In this document: one piece after another, positions 42,927 to 53,503 of the stretch | How the letters are laid out: each line of letters starts with the position of its first letter | Numbering within the stretch: the first letter of the stretch is position 1 | Source of the DNA: Alphaproteobacteria bacterium | Lineage (GTDB): Bacteria; Pseudomonadota; Alphaproteobacteria; UBA828 | Assembly: GCA_963422645.2 (NCBI GenBank) | Contig: CAXXVO010000012.1 | Location: 32,001 to 96,000 of the forward strand | DNA: 64,000 nucleotides | Direction of reading: 5' to 3' | The notes under the pieces: model-generated | What the model was told of the DNA's origin: nothing | The model's database searches: none | What the model saw: only the letters and a program-made list of their open reading frames with translations | Position numbers and translations under genes: made by a program

Positions 42927-43640
42927 ATGCAAAACCTGAACCGACCCATCAGAATCGGCGGGCGCTCCTCCATCGACCGCCTGCCGTCCAAACTCCGCGA
43001 GGCCGTCGATCAAGCCATCGCGGACGGCGCCACCATCGACGACATAACCGCCCTCATCCGGGCCGAGGGCGGCTCCTGCTCGCGTTCGGCCGTCGGCCGC
43101 TATTCCAAGAATATGCGCGCCCTGATCCGCGAACAGCAGGAGTTCGACCGCGCGATGAGGATCTGGGTGCGGGAACTCGGCGAGCGCGCGGAAGGCCGCG
43201 CCGGGCTTATCCTGATCGAGACCCTGCGGACGATGGTGCTCTCCAGCATGGCCGAACTCAGCCAACGCGGAGAGCCTGCGCCCATGCGAGAACTTGCCCG
43301 CCTCGCCCTCACCCTCAAGCGCATCGAAGGCACCGACAAGCTTCGCCTCGAGCGGGAGCGCACGACGGCAAAGCCGGCACCCGTCGGCGGGGCCAAGCCC
43401 CAGGGCGGCCTCTCGCCGGAGACCGCCGCCGCCATCCGCGAGGTCGTGGAGGGCCGGCCCGAGCCGCCCGACCGCACCCTCACGTCGGTGCCGGTCGATG
43501 CCTGGGCGCCTGCGAGTTCCCGGCCATCCAGCTTAATCCCACCTGATCCCGGACAGAAATTCCCGGTTCGCTCGGGGCGGAGGGCGGCGGTGCGGCGCAA
43601 CTCTGCCGCAAGCCCGGATCAGGCGTCCGGCAGCCGGTAA
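42927..43640 (+). CDS. Stand-alone phage Mu gp27-like (DUF3486) protein, putative small terminase
   Basis: GRSSIDRLP..LR..V...I.DG.TID.I...I...G...SRSAVGRY is the DUF3486 N-terminal pattern; ELARLA..L..IE. Confidence 0.75.
   Translation: MQNLNRPIRIGGRSSIDRLPSKLREAVDQAIADGATIDDITALIRAEGGSCSRSAVGRYSKNMRALIREQQEFDRAMRIWVRELGERAEGRAGLILIETLRTMVLSSMAELSQRGEPAPMRELARLALTLKRIEGTDKLRLERERTTAKPAPVGGAKPQGGLSPETAAAIREVVEGRPEPPDRTLTSVPVDAWAPASSRPSSLIPPDPGQKFPVRSGRRAAVRRNSAASPDQASGSR
43517..43561 (+). repeat. 10-bp-periodic ATCC(C) array ending AGAAATT
   Basis: TTCCC 43517; ATCC at 43526, 43536 and 43546; paralogous array at 61746-61791. Confidence 0.5.
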
Positions 43641-45247
43641 TCCTGAAACATCTCGCGCAGGCGCGACTTCTGAATCTTGCCGGTGGCGGTGAGCGGCAGC
43701 TCGTCGACCAGCACGACGTCGTCGGGCAGCCACCACTTCGCGACCCTGGCCGCGAGGTAGGCGTTGATGGTGTCTTTGTCGGGCGTGCAGCCGTCCCTCG
43801 GCACCACCACCATGAGCGGCCGCTCCTCCCACTTGGGATGGAAGATGCCGATGACCGCGGCCTGCTTCACGTCCGGGTGGCCGACCGCCGCGTTCTCCAG
43901 GTCGATGGAGCTGATCCACTCGCCGCCCGACTTGATCACGTCCTTGGTGCGGTCGGTGATCCGCATGAAGCCGTGCTCGTCGAGGGTGGCGACGTCGCCG
44001 GTGGGGAACCAGCCGTTCTCGTCGAGCCGGTCCCCGCCCTCGCCCTTGAAGTAGCCGCTGGCGGCCCAGTTGCCGCGCACCCACATGTCGCCGAATGTCT
44101 TGCCGTCGCGCGGTACCGGCGCGCCGTCGGCGTCGGTGATCGTGAGCTCCAGGCCGAACTGCACGCGGCCTTGTTGACTCAGCACCGCCTGGCGCTCCTC
44201 TTCGGTAAGCGCGTCGATTGCCGGAGTCGCCGTCGCCATGGTGCCGAGCGGCGAGGTCTCGGTCATGCCCCAGAGCTGGTGCACCGTCACCCCGTAGGGG
44301 TCGGCCAGCCGCTCGATCATCGCGCGCGGCACTGCCGAGCCGCCGATGGCGACACGCTCCAGGCTTTCCACCGTCTTGCCCTTCTCGTCGAGATGGTCGA
44401 TCAGCATGGTGAACACCGTCGGCACGCCGAGGGCGAAGGTCACTCCCTCCCCTTCGATCAGCTCCTGCAGGCTCTGCCCGTCCATCTGCGTGCCGGGCAG
44501 CACCAGGCCTGCGCCGGAGAGGCAGCCGAGGTAGGGCAGCGACCAGGCGTTGCCGTGGTACATCGGCGCGATCGGCATCAGCACGTCGTGGGCGGAGATT
44601 CCCATGGCGCTGTTCTGGCAGGCAGCCATGGCGTGCAGCAGGGTCGAGCGGTGGCTGTAGAGCACGCCCTTGGGATTGCCCGTCGTGCCTGAGGTATAGC
44701 AAAGCGAGGACGCGGCGCGCTCGTCGAAGACCGGCCACGCGTAGTCCCCACTCTCGGCCGCGAGCAGGGTCTCGTAGCAGAGGACGTTGGCGAGCGCGAT
44801 CTCGGGCATGTGGTCTTCATCGGCCATCACCACGACCTGCTCGACCGTGGTGAGCTGATCCGCGATGCGCTCTACCAGCTCGACGAAGGTGAGGTCCACG
44901 AAGAGCACCCGGTCTTCCGCGTGGTTGATGATGTAGACGATCTGCTCGGTGAAGAGCCGCGGGTTCACCGTGTGCAGGACGGCGCCCATGCCCGAGACCC
45001 CGTAGAAGAGCTCCAGGTGCCGGTAGCCGTTCCAGGCCAGCGTGCCGACCCGGTCGCCGTGGCCGATCCCGAGCCGCGCCATGACGTTGGCGACGCGCCG
45101 CGCGCGCCCTTCGCACTCGGCATAGCCGTAGCGGTGGATAGGCCCCTCGACGGTGCGCGAGACCACCTGGCGGTCGCCGTGATACTCCGCCGCATAGCGA
45201 ATCAGCGACGAGATCATCAGCGGGATCTCCTGCATCAGGCCGTGCAT
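43619..45247 (-). CDS. Acyl-CoA ligase (DmdB/FadD-like)
   Basis: [42 protein letters not shown]. Confidence 0.92.
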   Translation of the reverse strand: MHGLMQEIPLMISSLIRYAAEYHGDRQVVSRTVEGPIHRYGYAECEGRARRVANVMARLGIGHGDRVGTLAWNGYRHLELFYGVSGMGAVLHTVNPRLFTEQIVYIINHAEDRVLFVDLTFVELVERIADQLTTVEQVVVMADEDHMPEIALANVLCYETLLAAESGDYAWPVFDERAASSLCYTSGTTGNPKGVLYSHRSTLLHAMAACQNSAMGISAHDVLMPIAPMYHGNAWSLPYLGCLSGAGLVLPGTQMDGQSLQELIEGEGVTFALGVPTVFTMLIDHLDEKGKTVESLERVAIGGSAVPRAMIERLADPYGVTVHQLWGMTETSPLGTMATATPAIDALTEEERQAVLSQQGRVQFGLELTITDADGAPVPRDGKTFGDMWVRGNWAASGYFKGEGGDRLDENGWFPTGDVATLDEHGFMRITDRTKDVIKSGGEWISSIDLENAAVGHPDVKQAAVIGIFHPKWEERPLMVVVPRDGCTPDKDTINAYLAARVAKWWLPDDVVLVDELPLTATGKIQKSRLREMFQDYRLPDA

Positions 45248-45413
45248 GGCTCCTCCCCTCGATCGGTCGGCCGGGGCCGCTCCCCTCGCGCCATTATCGG
45301 CTGCCGCCGCGCCGGTCGAAAGACTTTCCGGTGCGTCGCTGATATTCTCGCCGCCCTTGCAGGGAGCGGCGCATGGTCGCGCTGCGGCGTGGGAGAGCGG
45401 GGAGGAGAGGATC

Positions 45414-46181
45414 GTGAAACTGGAGGGAAAGACGGCGCTGATTACCGGCGGCTCTTCGGGCATCGGCGAGGCGATCGCGGTCAGATTCGCGGCCGAAGGC
45501 GCGCGCATCGCGGTCGCGGCTTCCTCGAATCTGGCCAAGGCCCAGGCCGTGGTGGAGAAGATCGAGGCATCGGGCGGCGCGGCCCAGGCCTTTGTCGCCG
45601 ACGTGCGCGACGTGAGCTCGGTCAAGGCGTTGGTCGGCGACGTGAAGGCAGCGTTCGGCCGCATCGACATTCTGGTCAACTCGGCCGGTATCTTCGAGCC
45701 GACGCCGATCGGCGAGACCACCGAGGCCGAGTACGACGCCACCATGGACATCAACGTGAAGGGCACCTTCTTCGCGATCAACGAGGTGGCGCCGGTCATG
45801 ATCGCGCAGGGCGGCGGCAAGATCGTCAACCTCTCGTCGGTGACGGGGGTGATGGGGTTCAAGACCTTCTCGGTCTATTGCGCGTCGAAGGCCGCGATTA
45901 ACTACCTCACCCGCGCGCTCGCGCTGGAGCTCAGCCCCCACAACATCGCGGTGAACGCGATCCTGCCCGGCAACACGGCGACACCGATGAACGTGAAGAT
46001 CCGCACCGAGCCGCAGTTCGAGGAGATGCTGGAGGGCATGACCGCGGTGACGCCGAGCAACCGGACCTATTCGGAGCCCGACGACATGGCGTCCGCCGCG
46101 CTCTTCCTCTGCTCCGAGGATGGCCGTGCCGCCCACGGCTCGCTCATGCTGCTGGACGAGGGCATCTCCTGCGGCCTCTGA
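45414..46181 (+). CDS. SDR family oxidoreductase
   Basis: TGGSSGIG, NSAG, YCASK. Confidence 0.92.
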   Translation: MKLEGKTALITGGSSGIGEAIAVRFAAEGARIAVAASSNLAKAQAVVEKIEASGGAAQAFVADVRDVSSVKALVGDVKAAFGRIDILVNSAGIFEPTPIGETTEAEYDATMDINVKGTFFAINEVAPVMIAQGGGKIVNLSSVTGVMGFKTFSVYCASKAAINYLTRALALELSPHNIAVNAILPGNTATPMNVKIRTEPQFEEMLEGMTAVTPSNRTYSEPDDMASAALFLCSEDGRAAHGSLMLLDEGISCGL

Positions 46182-46789
46182 TGAGCGCACACGCAGAGGA
46201 GGCCGCCCCGGCCGGCAAGCTCTACACGGTGATAACCCATCTCGCGATGGAGTCGCCGCCGGAGCGGGCGGTCCCGCCGCCGCCGGCCCCCGGCCTCACC
46301 ATCGATCGGCGCCGGACCATGCCGGTCGCCGACTACCTGCGTCTCTATCACGCGATCGGGGACGACTGGCTCTGGTGGAGCCGGCTAACGTGGGATGAGG
46401 CCAAGCTTGCCGCCAATCTCGCCTCGGACGAGACGGAAGTCTACGTCGCCGAGGCCGACAGCGAGGAAATCGGCCTGATCGAGCTGAACCTGCGGCCTAA
46501 GCCCGATATCGAGCTGCGCTATTTCGGCCTGATTCCGTCGTGGACCGGCAAAGGCCTCGGCGGCTGGCTGCTCGCCCACGCGCTCGCCGCCGCCGGGCGC
46601 CATCGTCCCCGCCGCATGATCCTCAACACCTGCACCCTCGACCATCCCGCCGCCCTCGCCTTCTATCAGAAGTACGGCTTCGCCATTACCCACAGCGAGG
46701 TGGATATCGTCGACGACCCCCGCCTCGTCGGTCTCCTGCCCCGAGACGCGGCTCCCCAAATCCCTCTCGCCCGGCACGCCGAGGGATGA
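46181..46789 (+). CDS. GNAT family N-acetyltransferase
   Basis: YFGLIP..GKGLGGWLL, TCTLDHPAALAFYQKYGF. Confidence 0.85.
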   Translation: MSAHAEEAAPAGKLYTVITHLAMESPPERAVPPPPAPGLTIDRRRTMPVADYLRLYHAIGDDWLWWSRLTWDEAKLAANLASDETEVYVAEADSEEIGLIELNLRPKPDIELRYFGLIPSWTGKGLGGWLLAHALAAAGRHRPRRMILNTCTLDHPAALAFYQKYGFAITHSEVDIVDDPRLVGLLPRDAAPQIPLARHAEG

Positions 46790-46835
46790 TGAGGCGCGCT
46801 TGTCGCCCGGCACTCCCTCTCGCTAGATTGGATCC

Positions 46836-47627
46836 ATGACTGATTCGAAGAGCGACACGGCGGCGCGGGCCATCTGGAAGGCCTGGAGCGGCCATCACCT
46901 GATCGACGGCCTGCCCGAGGCGTGCCAGCCTGGCACCACCGCCGAAGGCTACGACGTGCAGGACGCGCTCGCGCGCCTCGCCGGCGCCACGCCCGTGGGC
47001 TGGAAGATCGCGGCCACCAGCGAGGCCGGCCAGAAGCACATCGGCGTGGACGGCCCCCTCGCCGGGCGCCTGTGGGAGAGCAAGCTCCACCAGAGCGGCA
47101 CCAAGCTGCCCGCCGGCCACCTGCACATGGCGGTGGTCGAGGCGGAGTTCGCGTTCCGCATGGGCCGGGACCTGCCCGGCGGGGACGGCGACTACTCGGT
47201 GGCCTCGGTGATGGACGCGGTGGCGGCGCTGCATCCGGCCATCGAGATTCCCGACTCACGCTTCAGGGACTTCACCGTCGTGGGTGCCGCCCAGCTCATC
47301 GCCGACAACGGCTGCACCGAGTACTGCGTGCTGGGACCGGAGGCGCCAGAGAGTTGGCGCGAGGTCGATCTCGCCGCTCATCCGGTCGTCGTCTCCATCA
47401 ATGAAGAAGAGGCTGCCACCGGCAAGGGCGCGAACGCGTTGGGCGACCCGCGCATCGCGCTCACCTGGCTCGCCAACGACCGGGTCCAACACGGCGTGCC
47501 GCTTGCGGCGGGCGACGTGGTCATCACCGGCACCTGCATCGTTCCCGCGCCGATCGCGCACAAGAAGCACGTGCGCGCCGATTTCGGGGCCCTCGGCGCG
47601 GTCGAGGTGGCGCTGGCGTCGTTCTAG
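46836..47627 (+). CDS. 2-keto-4-pentenoate hydratase / FAH-family protein
   Basis: GWKIAATS, VEAEFAF, IEIPDSR, LIADN, VITGT. Confidence 0.85.
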   Translation: MTDSKSDTAARAIWKAWSGHHLIDGLPEACQPGTTAEGYDVQDALARLAGATPVGWKIAATSEAGQKHIGVDGPLAGRLWESKLHQSGTKLPAGHLHMAVVEAEFAFRMGRDLPGGDGDYSVASVMDAVAALHPAIEIPDSRFRDFTVVGAAQLIADNGCTEYCVLGPEAPESWREVDLAAHPVVVSINEEEAATGKGANALGDPRIALTWLANDRVQHGVPLAAGDVVITGTCIVPAPIAHKKHVRADFGALGAVEVALASF

Positions 47628-47696
47628 CTGGGGTCGGACTCGGCTTCTGCCGGCCGGCGGGCCTTGACGAGCCAGCCGAGCAGCAGGGAGAACGCA

Positions 47697-49736
47697 GTGG
47701 GACGACTGGCGACCGATATCGGCGGGACCTTTACCGATCTCGTCCACTTCGACGAGGGGACCGGCGCGCTCAGCGTCGCCAAGTCGCTTAGCACGCCGGA
47801 TGACCTGACGCGGGGCGTGCTCGACACCATCGATCAGGCGGAGCTCGACGCCGACGTGGTGGACTACTTCGTCCACGGCGGCACGACCGTCATCAACGCC
47901 ATCACGGAGCGAACGGGCGCGAAGACCGCGCTGGTCACCACCGAGGGCTTTCGCGACGTACTGGAGATCGCGCGCGGCAACCGCCCCGATCTCTACAACC
48001 TCCGTTACCGCAAGGAGGTCCCCTTCGTGCCGCGCCGGCTGCGCTTCGAGGTGCGCGAGCGAGTCGACGCCAAGGGTCGCGTCCGCGTTCCGCTGCATCT
48101 CGAAGACCTGGACCGCGTGGTCGAGGTATGCCGCAACCAAGGGGTGGAAGCCATCGCCATCCAGTTCCTCCATTCCTACGCCGCGCCTGCGCACGAGGAG
48201 GAAACGGCGACTTATCTGCGCGAGCGGCTCAACGGCGTCGCGATCACCGCCTCGCACGAGATCACCCGTGAGTGGCGCGAGTACGAGCGCGCGAACACGG
48301 CCGTGCTCAACGCCTACGTCCAGCCCATCGTGCAGCGCTACTTCGACACCCTGGAGGCCGGCATCGACAGGCTGGGGCTCGACTGCCCGATGATGGCGAT
48401 GCAGTCGAACGGCGGCACGACGAGCTTCAGCTGGGCCAGGGAGCACCCGATCACGCTGCTCGAATCGGGGCCGGCGGCGGGCGTCAACGGCGCCGCCCTG
48501 ATTGGCCGGCTCTGCGACGAGCCCGACGTGATCTATCTCGACATCGGCGGCACCACCGCCAAGTGCTCCACCATCGAGGGCGGCGAGCCGAAGATCACCA
48601 CCGACTACCGGCTGGAAGCGACGCGCATCCGCTATGGCTACCCGGTGCGGGTGCCCGTGATCGACATCGTGGAGATCGGCGCGGGCGGCGGCTCCATTGC
48701 CTGGTTCGACGAGGGCGGCACGCTCAGCGTGGGCCCACGCAGCGCTGGCGCCGATCCGGGGCCCGCCTGCTATGGCCGCGGCGGCACGGAGCCGACCGTG
48801 ACCGACGCTAAGCTCATCACCGGCGTGCTCAACCCGGCGAACTTCGCGGGCGGGCGGCTCTCCCTCGATGTCGACCGCGCGCGGGCCGCCATGGGCAAGA
48901 TCGCCGAAGGGCTGGGCTGCAGCGTTGACGAGGCGGCGGTCGCCGTGATTCGTCTGGTCGATGCCAACATGATCAACGCGCTCAAGCTGGTCTCGATCCA
49001 GCGCGGCCACGATCCCAACGACTTCGCGCTGATGGTGGGCGGCGGCGGCGGCGCCATGCACGGCGCAAGCCTCGGCCGCGAGCTCGGCGTGAAGGAGATC
49101 GTGGTGCCGCGCTATCCTGGCCTCTTCTCGGCCTGGGGCATGCTGGCGACCGCACCTCGCCGGGACTTCGTGCGCACCGCGCTGCAGCGCGCGGATGCGC
49201 TCGACATCGCGGACCTGCACGCGCTCTTCGCCGAGCTGCACGCGGAAGCGGAGCGGTACTTTGCGTCCGAAGGGGGCGAGGGCACGCTCACGACCGCCTG
49301 CCACATCGACATGCGCTATGGCGGGCAGGAGCACGCCGTGACGATCCCCATCGACCTCGACCGGGCGAGCCGCGAGTCGATCCTCGACGCCTTCCATGCT
49401 GCGCACGAGCGCGCCTACACATTCCGCCTCGCGGACACGCCGGTCGAGCTCGTGACCTTCCGTCTCACCGCCACCGCCGATGTCGCCCGGCCCGAGCTCA
49501 CACCCTGGGCTGCGGAGGGCCGATCCGCCCAAGCGGCGGCGCGGGAGGGGCGCACAGTCGATTTCGGCGAGGACGGTGAGCACGAAAGCGCCGTCTACGA
49601 CCGGGACCTGCTGCCGCCGGGCTTCGACGCGGACGGCCCGCTCATCGTGGAGGAGCCGTCCTCGACCACCCTGGTCTGCCCAGGCCAGCGCGTCCGGGTA
49701 GACGATTTGGGCTTCCTCAGAATTACCGAGGCATGA
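47697..49736 (+). CDS. Hydantoinase/oxoprolinase subunit A
   Basis: DIGGTFTD, ESGPAAGV, GAGGGSIAW, SAGADPGPACYGRGG. Confidence 0.92.
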   Translation: MGRLATDIGGTFTDLVHFDEGTGALSVAKSLSTPDDLTRGVLDTIDQAELDADVVDYFVHGGTTVINAITERTGAKTALVTTEGFRDVLEIARGNRPDLYNLRYRKEVPFVPRRLRFEVRERVDAKGRVRVPLHLEDLDRVVEVCRNQGVEAIAIQFLHSYAAPAHEEETATYLRERLNGVAITASHEITREWREYERANTAVLNAYVQPIVQRYFDTLEAGIDRLGLDCPMMAMQSNGGTTSFSWAREHPITLLESGPAAGVNGAALIGRLCDEPDVIYLDIGGTTAKCSTIEGGEPKITTDYRLEATRIRYGYPVRVPVIDIVEIGAGGGSIAWFDEGGTLSVGPRSAGADPGPACYGRGGTEPTVTDAKLITGVLNPANFAGGRLSLDVDRARAAMGKIAEGLGCSVDEAAVAVIRLVDANMINALKLVSIQRGHDPNDFALMVGGGGGAMHGASLGRELGVKEIVVPRYPGLFSAWGMLATAPRRDFVRTALQRADALDIADLHALFAELHAEAERYFASEGGEGTLTTACHIDMRYGGQEHAVTIPIDLDRASRESILDAFHAAHERAYTFRLADTPVELVTFRLTATADVARPELTPWAAEGRSAQAAAREGRTVDFGEDGEHESAVYDRDLLPPGFDADGPLIVEEPSSTTLVCPGQRVRVDDLGFLRITEA

Positions 49737-49761
49737 TCCGGCGGTGACCGGGGCTGCCGCC

Positions 49762-50757
49762 ATGCGCGCCATGGTCTATCGCGGCAATGGCCCCGCGCTC
49801 ACCCTGGAGCAGCGGCCGATTCCGGAGCCCGGCGCGGGAGAAGTCCTGGTTCGGGTTTCGGCTTGCGGGGTCTGCCGCACCGATCTTCACGTGGTGGACG
49901 GCGACCTCACCGAGCCTCGGCTTCCAGTGGTGCCGGGGCACGAGATCGTGGGGCGCATCGCGGCCCTCGGCGTGGGCGTCGAGCGCTTCGGCGAAGGAGA
50001 GCGCGTAGGCATCCCCTGGCTCGGCTGGACCTGCGACGCCTGCCGCTATTGCCGGAGTGGCCGGGAGAACCTGTGCCCAGACGCGCGCTTCACCGGCTAC
50101 ACCCTGGACGGCGGCTACGGCGACTTCTGCATCGCCGACGAGCACTACTGCTTCCCCCTCCCCGGCGATCGCGATGACGTCCATTCGGCGCCGCTCCTCT
50201 GCGCCGGGCTGATCGGCTATCGCGCCCTCGTGATGGCGGGCGATGCCGAGCGCCTCGGTCTCTATGGCTTCGGTGCGGCAGCGCACATCATTGCTCAAGT
50301 CGCGCGGGCCCAGGGTCGCCGCGTGTTCGCCTTCGTCCGGCCGGGCGACCAGGCGGCCATGGACTTTGCCCGCAGCCTCGACGCCGAATGGGCCGGCGCA
50401 TCGGACGAGGCGCCGCCGGAGGAGCTGGACGCGGCGTTGCTCTTCGCGCCCGTGGGCGCCTTGGTGCCGGCCGCGCTCAGCGCCATCGCGCCGGGCGGAA
50501 CCGTGGTCAGCGCCGGCATCCACATGAGCGACATTCCCGCGTTCCCCTACGAGCTCCTGTGGCGGGAGCGGCGCATCGTCTCGGTCGCCAACCTCACGCG
50601 ACGCGACGGTGAAGAGTTTCTGACACTCGCCGCGAAGACCGCGATCGAGATGCACGTCGAGCCCATGCCGCTCGCCGAGGCCAACACCGCCCTCGACCGC
50701 CTGCGCGCAGGCCGCCTTCAGGGCGCCGCCGTGCTCACGATGAACGAGAACGGCTGA
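49762..50757 (+). CDS. Zinc-dependent alcohol dehydrogenase family protein
   Basis: CGVCRTDLH, GHEIVG, CxxCxxC..C, GLYGFG. Confidence 0.92.
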   Translation: MRAMVYRGNGPALTLEQRPIPEPGAGEVLVRVSACGVCRTDLHVVDGDLTEPRLPVVPGHEIVGRIAALGVGVERFGEGERVGIPWLGWTCDACRYCRSGRENLCPDARFTGYTLDGGYGDFCIADEHYCFPLPGDRDDVHSAPLLCAGLIGYRALVMAGDAERLGLYGFGAAAHIIAQVARAQGRRVFAFVRPGDQAAMDFARSLDAEWAGASDEAPPEELDAALLFAPVGALVPAALSAIAPGGTVVSAGIHMSDIPAFPYELLWRERRIVSVANLTRRDGEEFLTLAAKTAIEMHVEPMPLAEANTALDRLRAGRLQGAAVLTMNENG

Positions 50758-50760
50758 GGC

Positions 50761-51636
50761 TCAGGCAGCGACACCCATCTGGGCCATCGTTGCCCGCGTG
50801 AGCTCGCTGTCGGGCTCGCGCAGCTGGTCGGCCATGGTGAAGTGGTTGAAGCCGGGGAGCTCGAGCCGGCTGAGCGGGTAGCCGTGCGCCTCCCACACTG
50901 CCGCCATGGCGTTGGCCTGACGTTCGTATTCCTCTGATTCGATGTCGCCCGAGACCAGCATGAGCGGCGCCGCCACAGGGTAACGCTGCGCGACCGGGCT
51001 GTTCCTCTGCGCCTCCGCTTCGTCCAAGCCGACCTTGTCGTTGAGGTAGCAGAGCCGGATCGGCTCCAGATCGTAGATGCCCGAAATCGAGACCGCGCTC
51101 TTGACGAGGTCGGCCGGGAGGCCGGCGCCGAAGGCAGGCCAGTCGGTCGCGAGCAGCATCGCGGCGAGATGACCGCCGGCCGACTGGCCGAGCGCGTGGA
51201 TGCGCGAGGGATCGCCGCCCAACGATGCCGCGTTGCGCCAGACCCAGGCGACAGCGGCGCGGTTCTGCCGCACGATCTCGTCCATCCGGTAATCCGGGGC
51301 GAGGCCGTAGTTGATGACGACCGTCGCCACACCATGGGGCAGGCCCCCCTCGGCCACGAAGCTGTCGTGATGCTTGTCGAGCGAATACCAGTAGCCGCCG
51401 TGGATCATGACCAGGATCGGGGCGTTGTGCTCTTCGGCCGGGAAGAAATCGAGGGTCTCGACAGGGAGATTGCCGTAGGCGATGTCCCGACCGCCCGGAA
51501 GGGCTGCGCGGGTCTTCGCGCTCCAGTCCAGCCAGCGCTCGAAATGGTCGACGTAGTCGGGGATTCGCGCGCGGTTGTTGTACTGCGCGTCGAGCGCCGC
51601 TCGATCGTAGCCGCGGTAGATGACCTCTCCGCTCAT
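50761..51636 (-). CDS. Alpha/beta hydrolase (arylformamidase-like)
   Basis: HGGYW, GQSAGGHL, ISGIYDLEP, NHF. Confidence 0.85.
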   Translation of the reverse strand: MSGEVIYRGYDRAALDAQYNNRARIPDYVDHFERWLDWSAKTRAALPGGRDIAYGNLPVETLDFFPAEEHNAPILVMIHGGYWYSLDKHHDSFVAEGGLPHGVATVVINYGLAPDYRMDEIVRQNRAAVAWVWRNAASLGGDPSRIHALGQSAGGHLAAMLLATDWPAFGAGLPADLVKSAVSISGIYDLEPIRLCYLNDKVGLDEAEAQRNSPVAQRYPVAAPLMLVSGDIESEEYERQANAMAAVWEAHGYPLSRLELPGFNHFTMADQLREPDSELTRATMAQMGVAA

Positions 51637-51759
51637 CCAGCCCTCCCGATAGCTGCCTCCCGGAAGTGTAGCCATTTTCCGCCCCGGCCATCGACCGCAG
51701 CCGGATGGCGCACTAAATTGCATTCGAGCACAGTCAACGCACACGAGAGGAATTGGCCC

Positions 51760-52332
51760 ATGCCGCGCTTGGTCCGCACAGCCATTGCCGTTATGGCCGC
51801 GGCAGTTGTCTTCGCCGCCCCGTGGATCGGACTGCCGGCCGCGCAAGCCGCCTCTATCGGGGGCCCTTTCGAGCTCATCGACCACACCGGACAGACGGTC
51901 ACCGAAGAGAGCTTCGACGACCGCTACCTGCTGGTCTATTTCGGCTACGCCTATTGCCCGGACGTTTGCCCGACGGAGCTGCTCATCATGGGCCAGGCTG
52001 TGGACGAGCTCGGCGAGCTCGGCCACGAGGTCCAGCCCCTCTTCGTCTCGGTCGACCCGGAGCGCGACACGGTCGAGTACCTGGCCGAGTACGTGCCTGC
52101 GTTCCACCCCCGTCTGGTCGGACTGACGGGCAGCGACGAGCAAATTCATGCCGCTGCCAAGGCCTACCGCGTCTACTACCGTCTCAACGAGCCGGACGAG
52201 GACGGCGCCTACCTGGTCGATCACACTTCCTACATCTACTTCATGGATTCCGACGGCGATTACCTGACCCACTTCGTCTTCGGGCAGGGTCCGGAGAAGA
52301 TGGCGGAGGTCATGCGCAAGCACCTGGATTGA
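51760..52332 (+). CDS. SCO family copper chaperone
   Basis: IGGPFELIDH, YFGYAYCPDVCP, VDPERD, YLVDH. Confidence 0.92.
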   Translation: MPRLVRTAIAVMAAAVVFAAPWIGLPAAQAASIGGPFELIDHTGQTVTEESFDDRYLLVYFGYAYCPDVCPTELLIMGQAVDELGELGHEVQPLFVSVDPERDTVEYLAEYVPAFHPRLVGLTGSDEQIHAAAKAYRVYYRLNEPDEDGAYLVDHTSYIYFMDSDGDYLTHFVFGQGPEKMAEVMRKHLD

Positions 52333-52354
52333 GCGGGCGGAACCGAGCGGGCGA

Positions 52355-53503
52355 ATGGCGGATTCGGGAGACGGCACCGCCGCAATCGTTGCAGCGCGGG
52401 AGCGCGAAGAGCGCCTGCGCTCGATCACCCGGACTGCGCCGGACGCCATCGTCATCATCGACGAGAGCGGCACCATCGATACGGTCAACCCGGCGGCGGA
52501 GCGCCTCTTCGGCTATTCCGGTGCCGAGCTGGTCGGCCAGAACGTGAAAATCCTGATGCCCTCGCCCCATCGGGAAGCCCACGACGCCCACCTCGCGCGC
52601 TATCGCGAGACCGGCCAGAGGCGCGTCATCGGTATCGGCCGCGTCGTGGTCGGCAGGCGCAAGGACGGGACGACCTTCCCCGCGCGTCTCGCTATCGGCG
52701 AGATCGAGCTCGACCAGGGGCGGCTCTTCACGGGGTTTCTCCACGACATTACCGAGCGGGAGAACATCCAGCGCCGCGCCGGTATCCTCCAGCAGGAGCT
52801 CATGCACGCCTCGCGGCTCTCCGCCATGGGCGAGATGGCGTCGGGGATCGCGCACGAGCTGAACCAGCCGTTGACGGCCGTCATGAACTACACGAGGGCA
52901 GCGCGGCGGCACCTCGACCGCGCCGAACCGAACCCCGCGTCCATCGCGGACCTCGTGGACAAGGCGGGCCAGCAGGCCGAGCGGGCTGCGGAGATCATCA
53001 AGCGGCTGCGGGGCTTCATCAAGAAGGATGAGAGCGAGCGCCGCCTCGAGCCGATCAACGCGGTCGTGGAGGAGGCGGCGGCGCTGGCCCTGATCGGCGC
53101 GAGCGACCGCGACATCGAGTTGATCTTCTCCCTGGACGATACGCTGCCGCCCGTCCTTATCGACCGCATCGAGGTGCAGCAGGTCGTGCTCAACATCCTG
53201 CGCAACGCGATCGAGGCGTTCGAGGGACCGGACGAGCGAAAGATCCGCATCGCGACCTGGGCAGCCAGCCTCCGGCAAATCCAAGTCGATATCAGGGACA
53301 ATGGCCCTGGCCTGGCGCCCGGCATCGTGGACAATCCCTTCCGCCCCTTCCAGACCACAAAGGAGGACGGCTTGGGGATCGGCCTCGCCATCAGCCGCAC
53401 GATCATCGACGCCCACGGCGGGCGGCTCTGGGCCGAGAACGCGCCGGAGGGTGGTGCCGCCTTCCACTTTCTGCTGCCGGTCGGAGGCGGAGCCGATGAA
53501 TGA
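52355..53503 (+). CDS. fixL: FixL-like heme-PAS sensor histidine kinase (soluble)
   Basis: ILMP..H..HD..L.RY..TG...IGIGR.V..RRKDGTTFP heme-PAS; AHELNQPL; GLGIGLAISR. Confidence 0.82.
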   Translation: MADSGDGTAAIVAAREREERLRSITRTAPDAIVIIDESGTIDTVNPAAERLFGYSGAELVGQNVKILMPSPHREAHDAHLARYRETGQRRVIGIGRVVVGRRKDGTTFPARLAIGEIELDQGRLFTGFLHDITERENIQRRAGILQQELMHASRLSAMGEMASGIAHELNQPLTAVMNYTRAARRHLDRAEPNPASIADLVDKAGQQAERAAEIIKRLRGFIKKDESERRLEPINAVVEEAAALALIGASDRDIELIFSLDDTLPPVLIDRIEVQQVVLNILRNAIEAFEGPDERKIRIATWAASLRQIQVDIRDNGPGLAPGIVDNPFRPFQTTKEDGLGIGLAISRTIIDAHGGRLWAENAPEGGAAFHFLLPVGGGADE

